Source: Desulfotalea psychrophila LSv54 (GTDB lineage: Bacteria > Desulfobacterota > Desulfobulbia > Desulfobulbales > Desulfocapsaceae). From it: a stretch of 32,000 nt of DNA. This document shows, piece after piece, positions 1 to 7,396 of the stretch. A model generated the notes under the pieces. That model was not told the origin of the DNA, ran no database searches, and saw only the letters and a list, made by a program, of their open reading frames with translations. The position numbers and the translations under genes were made by a program. Location of the stretch: contig NC_006138.1 of the NCBI RefSeq assembly GCF_000025945.1, positions 390,001 through 422,000 of the forward strand, written 5' to 3'. Every line of letters begins with the position of its first letter. Position 1 is the stretch's first letter.

Positions 1-307
1 GCAGGCTTCGATGATCTCCTTGAATTTCTATCACTCCCCCTTTAACGGTACCCCCGGAACCACATTTTTGTTTAAGCTGCTTGGCATATTTCTTTAGATC
101 CGCCTCCACCAATGGCAGACCTGTAACAAGGGTCACCCCAGCGCCCTTACGACCTTTGCTCTGACGACTTACCCGCACGACACCATCAATGGCTATTACC
201 GTTTTTCCCTGGCTACAGCGACAGGCCTTGACTGGATGACCACATTTAGGACAAACCTTACCAACTTCGGTGGAATAGACCAGGCCCTTATTTTTTACAT
301 TTTTCAT
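1..307 (-). CDS. yciH: SUI1/eIF1-family translation initiation factor-like protein (YciH type), N-terminal portion, runs off left edge
   Basis: Reverse complement read by hand from the ATG at 307: [102 protein letters not shown]. The CPKCG/CRC zinc-ribbon-like start and the RxSRxxKGRKGxGVTxxxGL...LKxxCGxGGTVKxGxIEIQGD block are typical of bacterial SUI1 proteins. Confidence 0.9.
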   Translation of the reverse strand, partial: MKNVKNKGLVYSTEVGKVCPKCGHPVKACRCSQGKTVIAIDGVVRVSRQSKGRKGAGVTLVTGLPLVEADLKKYAKQLKQKCGSGGTVKGGVIEIQGDHRSL

Positions 308-660
308 TGAGCACAGCCCCCTAGGGCAATTAATTTAGATAGAATTTTCACAACAGCCAACTAGCCCCGCAAGCAAGCTCATAACACTTCGATTTTTCCA
401 AGCATTTCCAAACAATTTCACCAAAGCTACAAAATTTGCAAAAATGTTTTTACTTTTCCACAGAAAAAGTGAGACAATAGAAGTACCTCTTAAGTAGATG
501 GGGGGGTAGTTACTGTTTTATGTCAATTGTTCTTGTTTCAAGGACGCACTCTGTTTCAGGACTGCAAATGGCAAGGAGCTGTCACACTAGATGTTAATAG
601 CATCAGTAGGGCAGGTCTTTCCTCAAGTCCGGAGCACAAACTTTATTAAAGAGATTTATC

Positions 661-861
661 ATGGCTGAAGGAACTGTGAAGTGGTTTAACGACGCTAAGG
701 GTTTTGGTTTTATCGAGCAAGAAGGTGGAGATGACCTTTTCGTACATCACACCAGCATCAATGCTAGTGGCTTTAAAACCCTCGAAGAAGGTGCACGTGT
801 AACTTTCGACATTGAACAAGGCCCCAAGGGTCCTGCTGCTGCGAATGTTACCGTTATCTAG
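661..861 (+). CDS. csp: CspA-family cold shock protein
   Basis: 66 aa; [15 protein letters not shown] (RNP1-like) and DLFVHHTSI (RNP2-like) motifs of the cold shock domain. Confidence 0.96.
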   Translation: MAEGTVKWFNDAKGFGFIEQEGGDDLFVHHTSINASGFKTLEEGARVTFDIEQGPKGPAAANVTVI

Positions 862-935
862 TGTCGAAAACTTTTAGGCAGGTCAGGGATAACAGCGCGT
901 GTAGAGGCTTGTCCTTAACCTGGTTAACCGTCAAG

Positions 936-968
936 AAGGCCCCTTTGGAGTAACCAGAGGGGCCTTTT
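936..968 (+). terminator. Rho-independent terminator downstream of csp
   Basis: AAGGCCCCTTTGG - AGTAA - CCAGAGGGGCCTTTT: GC-rich inverted repeat ending in a T-run, about 75 nt after the csp stop. Confidence 0.8.
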
Positions 969-1002
969 GAGTCTCAAGATAAGGGGAGAGAACTCAACTT
1001 AT

Positions 1003-1377
1003 CTAGACAAGAGGCTCTGCCTGAAATGTCTTAGAGACAATAATCCACTGGCCATTGTTCTTAATAAGGGAGAGGTAATCTGTAAAGAGCTTATCCACAA
1101 TGACAAGGTTAACCTTAACCATTGCATAGTTTTTATTGATAAAATCAATTGTCAAAACGTTATCTTCACGAGCTACCCCAGCCTTTTTAGAAGAAACACG
1201 ACTGGCAATACGCCCCTTTAAGACCTCACGATCTGCAATAACTACCTCGCCATTATCAACAAAGGAGATATGAGCATCTTTGTGAAAAACCTTCTCCATG
1301 GTTTCAGCATCACCTTCATAAAGCATAACAAAATACGTCTCTAAAAAATCTAAAATTTCTCTAATCTCTGCCTGCAT
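1003..1377 (-). CDS. SnoaL/NTF2-like fold protein (putative lumazine-binding / DUF4440-like)
   Basis: 124 aa; layout and pattern (LETYFVMLYEGDAETMEKVFHKDAHI...GEWIIVSKTF-like ending) resemble small NTF2-like proteins. Family assigned by pattern only. Confidence 0.6.
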   Translation of the reverse strand: MQAEIREILDFLETYFVMLYEGDAETMEKVFHKDAHISFVDNGEVVIADREVLKGRIASRVSSKKAGVAREDNVLTIDFINKNYAMVKVNLVIVDKLFTDYLSLIKNNGQWIIVSKTFQAEPLV

Positions 1378-1445
1378 ACGACCTCCTGTTAATTTTATTT
1401 CGCCGGTTATTAACCGGTCCGTTTTTCAGAAATGAAAAACGCCTC

Positions 1446-1467
1446 ATATACTAATATATTAGTATAT
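1446..1467. repeat. Perfect 22 bp palindrome ATATACTAATATATTAGTATAT, possible operator
   Basis: The sequence equals its own reverse complement over 22 bp; lies 70-90 bp upstream of the 1377 start codon. Confidence 0.6.
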
Positions 1468-1781
1468 TTGGGTAATATTACAACAAAAAAACGGACTGCC
1501 CTCTATGTAACGATTTGATACATGGTGTAAAGACATTAGAGGCAGCGATAATGCCCCATCCCCTTCCAACCATCTCTGCCCATGGCAGGCCCTGGCCAGC
1601 TCCAAAATCCTCTTAATCCCCAAGGCAGCTCACTGCCCCAACGCCACACACAATACGGAAATACATCGTAAAACCTATGTCTTCTTTCAAGAAAATAACT
1701 CCTTATCAGTGAAATAGCACCTGCTCTCATTAAAGAGATAGATTACCTCCCAACAGGGATGAAGAAAAAGCCAATAGATAT

Positions 1782-1810
1782 TTGACTTGATTAAGTAACT
1801 GTGTTTTAAA
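1782..1810 (+). promoter_or_regulatory. Candidate sigma70-type promoter for HD-GYP copy 1
   Basis: TTGACT - 17 nt - TTTAAA; the same arrangement is conserved upstream of copy 2. Confidence 0.45.
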
Positions 1811-1891
1811 TATATTTTTAGATATACTCCGTGCATGGGAATGCCCCCCCCCGGCAAGGAAAAATGTGTCCCGAAACAATCTTGAAGAGCT

Positions 1892-3289
1892 ATGAAAGAC
1901 AATATCTCCAGAATTTTCCACACCTCGAAGCTAAGAAATATCTTCCTATTATGCTTTGCCATAGCAGCCCTACCGCCCGCCTACAACACATTCTTCCTAC
2001 TACCCGCCTTCACCGAACAGCTTATATCGAATACCGAAGAGAACGCCCAACGGGTAGTCACCCATATGGGTTCTTCGGCATTTTCAAATGCCACCCTGTT
2101 TAACAGGGACTCTCTAACAGCGCAGACAGGCCAGATTGCCCAAAGAACCCAGAAAGATTTCCAGATAGAAAAAATCACCGCCTTCTCCAGATCAGGGGAA
2201 ATATTTTTCTCCACCCATGAGGAGGAGATAGGTAAAACAAATCACAGTCCATACTTTTCAGATGTCGTCGCCAGGGGAAATATCTACTCTACCATTGTTA
2301 AATCCCAGACCGTGACCGCAGAGGATCTCCCGGCAAAAAGAAATATGGCGGATATCTATATTCCGGTGCTGCAGGACGGGAAATTTGCGGGAGCAGTTGA
2401 AATATACTATGACATCACAACACCTAAGAGAACGCTGGAAAAACGTCTGCACAGATCCTCCCTCATCATGCATACCATGTCCACGATTTTCCTCTTCCTT
2501 GCCGTCCTTATGCTTCTGAGAATAAGCAGGGCCGTCAGCCAACGGGTGATGACGGAAAAATCCCTCCTCCTCTCTCAGCAGAAGCTGGAGAACAGGGTCT
2601 CCGTCCAGATGCGTGAGATAGAGGTTAACAAGAAAATCTCAATAGAGGCCATGGCCGTTTTGGCAGAATACTATAATGCCGACACAGGAGGACATCTGGC
2701 CAGGATCCAGGAATATGTAGCAATTCTCACCGCATCCCTGATGAGAAACTCTCCCTACGCCAAGTACCTGCACGATCACCCGCACTATACAGATAATATC
2801 ATTCAGGCATCGCTTCTCCACGATATCGGCAAGGTGGTTATTCCAAGAAAAATACTGGAAAAACCGGGAAAGCTGACAAAAGAGGAGTATGATCTGGTAA
2901 AAACACACACCGTAGTTGCAGGTGAGGTACTGAACAGGGCCAATATAGAATTTTCAGAGTACTTCAATAAAGATAGCTATCTGGCACTGGCTGCAGATAT
3001 CGCTCTCTATCACCACGAAAGATGGGACGGCACAGGCTACCCCCATGGTCTACAGGAAACTGAGATCCCCCTGGCCGCCAGGATTGCGTCCCTAGCCGAT
3101 GTCTATGACGTCCTGAGAAGCAAGAGGGCCTACAAAGAGGCCTACTCCCACGCAGATTCAGTGGCTGAAATTATAAAAGAAAAGGGTAAGCAGTTTGACC
3201 CCTGTGTCACCGAGGCCTTTCTCAGCATGGCAGACAGTTTCTGTGAAATTTCGTCGAAAAACAACAGTAACATCTCAGCAAAGGCATAG
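1892..3289 (+). CDS. Membrane-anchored HD-GYP domain protein (putative c-di-GMP phosphodiesterase), copy 1
   Basis: 465 aa; N-terminal TM, extracytoplasmic region, second TM (IMHTMSTIFLFLAVLMLL), then HD-GYP motifs LLHDIGKVVIP, HHERWDGTGYP, LADVYDVLRSKRAYK. Confidence 0.93.
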   Translation: MKDNISRIFHTSKLRNIFLLCFAIAALPPAYNTFFLLPAFTEQLISNTEENAQRVVTHMGSSAFSNATLFNRDSLTAQTGQIAQRTQKDFQIEKITAFSRSGEIFFSTHEEEIGKTNHSPYFSDVVARGNIYSTIVKSQTVTAEDLPAKRNMADIYIPVLQDGKFAGAVEIYYDITTPKRTLEKRLHRSSLIMHTMSTIFLFLAVLMLLRISRAVSQRVMTEKSLLLSQQKLENRVSVQMREIEVNKKISIEAMAVLAEYYNADTGGHLARIQEYVAILTASLMRNSPYAKYLHDHPHYTDNIIQASLLHDIGKVVIPRKILEKPGKLTKEEYDLVKTHTVVAGEVLNRANIEFSEYFNKDSYLALAADIALYHHERWDGTGYPHGLQETEIPLAARIASLADVYDVLRSKRAYKEAYSHADSVAEIIKEKGKQFDPCVTEAFLSMADSFCEISSKNNSNISAKA

Positions 3290-3364
3290 GAGAGATGAGG
3301 TGTTGGCTCACCATGAGGCAAGAGACAGCCTATGGTAGCAATGAGGGAAAACCCAAATAGACAA

Positions 3365-3393
3365 TTGACTTGATCAAGAAACTGTGTTTTAAG
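3365..3393 (+). promoter_or_regulatory. Candidate sigma70-type promoter for HD-GYP copy 2
   Basis: TTGACT - 17 nt - TTTAAG, aligned with the copy 1 leader. Confidence 0.4.
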
Positions 3394-3481
3394 CATATTT
3401 TCAGGCATACTTCGTGCTTGGGAGAGAAAAGGCTCCCCCGGTAAGGAGTAAATCTGCCATGAAAACAATTTGAAAAAGCTT

Positions 3482-4891
3482 ATGAAAAACAATATCTCCA
3501 GAATTTTTCACACCTCGAAACTGAGAAACATTTTCCTCTTATGCTTTGCCATAGCAGCCCTGCCGCCGGCCTACAACACCTTCTTCCTGCGACCCGCCTT
3601 CACCAAACAGCTTATATCAACTACCGAAGAAAACGCCCAACGGGTAGTCACCCATATAGGTTCTTCGGCATTCTCAGCTGCCGAAGTCTTTAACAAGGAA
3701 TCTCTGACAACGCAAACAAAGCAGATTGCCCAGAAGAGCCAGAAAGATTTCCAGATAGAAAAAATCACCGCCCTTTCCAAATCAGGAGAAATATTTTTTT
3801 CCACCCTAGAGGGGGAGATAGGTAAAATAAATCACAGTCCATATTTTGCAAATATCGTCGCCAAGGGAAATATCTACTCCACCATTGTTAAATCCCAGAC
3901 CATAACGGCAGAACACGATCTGCCCCAAAGAGATATGGCGGATATGTATATCCCGCTACTGCAGGATGGAAAATTTGCAGGGGCAGTTGAAGTACACTAT
4001 GACATCACGGCAGCCATGAGCAACCTGGAAAAATCTCTGCACAGATCCTCCCGGATTATGTATACCATCTCCACGTTTTTCCTCTTCTTTGCTGTCCTTA
4101 TGCTTTTGAGAATGAGCAAAGCCGTCAATCAACGGCTAATGACGGAAAAAGCCCTCCTACGGTCTCAGCATAAACTGGAAAACAGGGTCTCCGTCCAGAC
4201 GCGTGAAATTGAGATTAACAAGAAAGTTTCAATGGAGGCCATGGCCGTTTTGGCAGAGTACCATAATAAAGATACCGATGGACATCTGGCCAGAATCCAG
4301 AGATATGTGGCTCTTCTTACCTCATACCTGAGCAAAAACTCCCCCTATGCCAAATATTTCGACAAGCGCCCGCACTATACAGATAATATCATACGGGCAT
4401 TGCTTCTCCACGATATCGGAGAGGTGGCTATTCCGAAAACAATACTGGAAAAGCCTGGCAAACTGACAAATGCTGAGTATGATTTAGTAAAAACACATAC
4501 CGTGATTGCAGGCGAGGTACTCAACAGGGCGAATGTAGAGTTTTCAGAATATTTCAACAGGGACAGCTATCTGGCACTGGCTGCAGATATCGCACTCTAT
4601 CACCACGAAAGATGGGACGGCGCAGGCTACCCCAATGGCCTGCGGGGTGCAGCAATCCCCCTTGCCGCCAGGATTGTGGCCCTGGCCGATGTCTATGATG
4701 CGCTCAGAAGCAAGAGGGCCTACAAAGAGGCCTACCCCCATGCAGATTCAGTGGCTGAAATTATAAGAGAAAAGGGTAAGCAGTTTGACCCATATGTCAC
4801 CGAGGCCTTTCTGGCCATGGCAGACAGTTTCCATGACATCTCATCAAAAAACAGTGGCGCCAGTTCTACTGAAACAGAAGGTAAAAAATGA
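3482..4891 (+). CDS. Membrane-anchored HD-GYP domain protein, tandem paralogue (copy 2), variant HDIGE motif
   Basis: Track ORF begins with TTG at 3470; the ATG at 3482 (MKNNISRIFHTSK) aligns with the copy 1 start (MKDNISRIFHTSK). Same domain layout as copy 1. Motifs LLHDIGEVAIP and HHERWDGAGYP. Confidence 0.9.
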   Translation: MKNNISRIFHTSKLRNIFLLCFAIAALPPAYNTFFLRPAFTKQLISTTEENAQRVVTHIGSSAFSAAEVFNKESLTTQTKQIAQKSQKDFQIEKITALSKSGEIFFSTLEGEIGKINHSPYFANIVAKGNIYSTIVKSQTITAEHDLPQRDMADMYIPLLQDGKFAGAVEVHYDITAAMSNLEKSLHRSSRIMYTISTFFLFFAVLMLLRMSKAVNQRLMTEKALLRSQHKLENRVSVQTREIEINKKVSMEAMAVLAEYHNKDTDGHLARIQRYVALLTSYLSKNSPYAKYFDKRPHYTDNIIRALLLHDIGEVAIPKTILEKPGKLTNAEYDLVKTHTVIAGEVLNRANVEFSEYFNRDSYLALAADIALYHHERWDGAGYPNGLRGAAIPLAARIVALADVYDALRSKRAYKEAYPHADSVAEIIREKGKQFDPYVTEAFLAMADSFHDISSKNSGASSTETEGKK

Positions 4892-5109
4892 TAAAGATAA
4901 TCTTTTCCAAAACCCTATGCGCTCTCCTGCTTTTAGCGTCCATTACCTGCATGATTTCCTATAGGATTATTGGCTCCAGCATTGACAGCGAAGGTTTCTT
5001 ACACGAACCATTTGCCCTCATTCCCCTCGGATGGCTCTTCTTCTTTTTAACTCTATTGACCGGAGGTGGCTACCTGCTCAGGACCATTCTCAAAAAAATA
5101 GCTCAATAA
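4888..5109 (+). CDS. Small two-TM membrane protein, DUF3955-like
   Basis: 73 aa; two hydrophobic segments and an IGSSIDSEGFLHEPFALIPLGWLF motif recalled from DUF3955 proteins. ATG overlaps the TGA stop of copy 2 (ATGA). Confidence 0.65.
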   Translation: MIKIIFSKTLCALLLLASITCMISYRIIGSSIDSEGFLHEPFALIPLGWLFFFLTLLTGGGYLLRTILKKIAQ

Positions 5110-5113
5110 ACAG

Positions 5114-5157
5114 GTGCTCCCCCAATCATCATAGGCAGAGAATCTTAAAGGGAGCAC
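5114..5157. terminator. Possible bidirectional intergenic hairpin between convergent genes
   Basis: GTGCTCCC (5114-5121) pairs with GGGAGCAC (5150-5157), between the convergent 5109 (+) and 5206 (-) gene ends; an outer CAGG/CCTG pair could extend it. No clear T-run. Confidence 0.35.
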
Positions 5158-5205
5158 ATCCACATAGAGGCGCCTGTTCAAACCTTAATGGCAGACGCAT
5201 TTGGC

Positions 5206-5955
5206 CTATTTTTTCCCGCCGCCATTACCGCCGCCATTACCACCACCATTACCACCACCATTACCACCACCGCTACCGCCACCGTTACCCTTGCCACCAG
5301 AGTTCCCTCCGGAATTTCCCTGAGCACCATGACCGCCCCTACCTGCCTTATCCTGACCTCTGTTTCCCATGCCCTTACTACCATGGTCCTTAGCACCGGG
5401 AGAGCCGCTACTGAAATTTTTATCCCGCAACTGCCCAGGACCCGCCCCTCTGTTAGACTGAGCAAAGGCCGCGCCCTCCACCGGATCAATAGAGGCACCA
5501 CCTTTTTTACTGTGGCCAAGACCAATGACACCGGGATGCACCCCCAGTTCATGGGCTATCTGCCCCCATCCCATTTTATCTTCCATACGCATGGAATAAA
5601 TATCCGCTGCAACGGTTCCCGTGGTATGAGCTATGGCCTCCGCATAGGCCAAACGAGCCTGCTCAAGATTTTCCAGAGCGTCTTGAGCCTCTGGCGCTTC
5701 AGGGTCAGCGGCGTCATACGCGGCCCTGGCCCCATCCAATCTCTCTGCAGCGGCCATAGCCTCGGCATCCGTTGTGGTACTCGCAGCCTCGGCAAGATTT
5801 GCTGCGTGCCCTGCCTGAGCAGCATTTTGATAGTTCGGTTGCTCATTATCAAGATTCGCCTCCTCTCCCTCTGCTGCTATAAGCATTTGAGGTGATAAAA
5901 GAAGAAAAGAAATCACAAAAAATTTACATAATCGATTTACCCGTTTCACAAACAC
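5206..5955 (-). CDS. Secreted/periplasmic Ala-rich protein with glycine-rich GGGN-repeat C-terminus
   Basis: 249 aa; signal-peptide-like N-terminus (RLCKFFVISFLLLSPQMLIAAEG); C-terminus GGGSGGGNGGGNGGGNGGGNGGGKK. Confidence 0.75.
   Translation of the reverse strand: MFVKRVNRLCKFFVISFLLLSPQMLIAAEGEEANLDNEQPNYQNAAQAGHAANLAEAASTTTDAEAMAAAERLDGARAAYDAADPEAPEAQDALENLEQARLAYAEAIAHTTGTVAADIYSMRMEDKMGWGQIAHELGVHPGVIGLGHSKKGGASIDPVEGAAFAQSNRGAGPGQLRDKNFSSGSPGAKDHGSKGMGNRGQDKAGRGGHGAQGNSGGNSGGKGNGGGSGGGNGGGNGGGNGGGNGGGKK
5221..5280. repeat. 12 bp-unit tandem repeat encoding GGGN units
   Basis: Imperfect repeats of the CCATTACCACCA type on the + strand, encoding NGGG/GGGN on the minus strand. Confidence 0.75.
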
Positions 5956-6043
5956 ACCCTTATTTAAATTTTATCAAGACAGACTATTTTTTATTACCCG
6001 GAATCCAGCTAATAGTGATTCAATATCCCTATAAGACGACCAA

Positions 6044-7045
6044 CTAATCCCTGGTAGTAAAGAAATTAACCGATTCATCGATACGAAGTCTCCTACCCCT
6101 TACCTTTATATACTGTGGAGTGGCAAACCAACTGAGTTTAACCTTCCCCCGGGACAATGCGGGGAACTTCTTGAGCAGATACCTCTTAATAGAGAGGGCA
6201 CGTTGTTTGGCAAGGGATAAATTATTCTTTTGATAGGTCACCACCTGTAAAACAGCACCATCCATACGAGAACTAATCTCTCCTATTGACTGCAATGACT
6301 GTAGGCCTTCCGCCGTTAAAACTGCAGAAAATGGCTGCCATCTTATCCTGGCCACTGTCACCGTCCTGGCACCAAGATAATAATTTCTAAAACTATAATT
6401 TCTTAACAAATTAAGATTATCAGTAGCCTCTTTGCCAAGATCTCCATTGGCATGAAAACGCAAATATTCCTGCCAGGCCAACTCCTCTTCAGGAATTCGA
6501 TGCAGCTTTTTCAAAATAAAGGCCCGGTTATAGAGGGCAACAGGACTCTTAGGCCATATGGCAATGGCCCGGGAATAAAAGGGAAGGGCCTCTGAATATT
6601 TTTTACGTTCAAATAAATTATGGCCAAGATATGTTAATGCCTGAAGATAACGGGGGTCACGCTTAAGTGCCCTGCGATAATCAGCTGCTTCATTTTTATT
6701 TTGGCCAAGATCGGCAAAGGCCATAGCTCGCCAGAAATAATACTCCGCCTTATTCTCATTAATGAGGCAGGACTTATTAAAATATTTCAATGAGTTCTTG
6801 GCTTTTCCATTCTGGAGAAGAAAACGGCCATAATAATAATTTGCACTGGCACTTTGCGGGTTTTCCCTCACCTCCTCCCTAAAACTCTCCTGCCCGGCTC
6901 TGTACTTTTTGCTTGAGAGATAATAATCTCCCTTTACAGAATGGGTGAGCGTATTACCAAAATCTTTAACGAAACATCCGGAAATAAAAAGAGGAAATAG
7001 CACAATGATAACAGACAGATATTTTCTACAAAAATTCTTGCCCAT
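6044..7045 (-). CDS. Outer-membrane-type lipoprotein with TPR repeats and an OmpA-like C-terminal region
   Basis: Track ORF starts at 7087; the ATG at 7045 gives MGKNFCRKYLSVIIVLFPLFISGC, a lipoprotein signal with lipobox. TPR-like repeats follow. The C-terminus (LAKQRALSIKRYLLKKFPAL...VKLSWFATPQYI) weakly resembles OmpA/MotB domains. Confidence 0.7.
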   Translation of the reverse strand: MGKNFCRKYLSVIIVLFPLFISGCFVKDFGNTLTHSVKGDYYLSSKKYRAGQESFREEVRENPQSASANYYYGRFLLQNGKAKNSLKYFNKSCLINENKAEYYFWRAMAFADLGQNKNEAADYRRALKRDPRYLQALTYLGHNLFERKKYSEALPFYSRAIAIWPKSPVALYNRAFILKKLHRIPEEELAWQEYLRFHANGDLGKEATDNLNLLRNYSFRNYYLGARTVTVARIRWQPFSAVLTAEGLQSLQSIGEISSRMDGAVLQVVTYQKNNLSLAKQRALSIKRYLLKKFPALSRGKVKLSWFATPQYIKVRGRRLRIDESVNFFTTRD

Positions 7046-7396
7046 GTAATTAATTCTCCCTGTTAACAGATAATGCCTTAAGGCCACGGCAGTTACAAAA
7101 TTTTACTATATTTTAATGGGATTAAATTAAAACGACAAGCGCAAAGAATTTGGCACAAAAGGTTTGCTCCGACCTCTAACTAAAAAGTTATTTTCTTAAT
7201 AGATTGGACCTGCATGAGATCACAGAGAAAAATAGAAAAGAGCCTCTACTGTTACGCCTCTATTAAAAGGGGAAAAATTTATTGCCCTTGCAAGGTCCGT
7301 CATAAAAAGCAGTTCAGCTTGACAATATCTCTGCCCCACGAAACAGGACTTCGTATAAGGCATTGATTTTGAAAAACATTGTTTCTCACCTTTCCC

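Noticed and set aside
1536-1962. Three overlapping minus ORFs upstream of and antisense to HD-GYP copy 1 (64, 91 and 63 aa)
   Set aside because: No recognisable domains, overlap the leader and start of the HD-GYP gene, low-complexity hydrophobic composition; likely spurious.
5188-5895. 235 aa + strand ORF with poly-Thr/Ala repeats (AAITAAITTTITTTITTTATATVT)
   Set aside because: Antisense of the Gly-rich protein gene; the repeats are a by-product of the 12 bp repeat encoding GGGN on the minus strand. The minus frame has a signal peptide and sensible composition.
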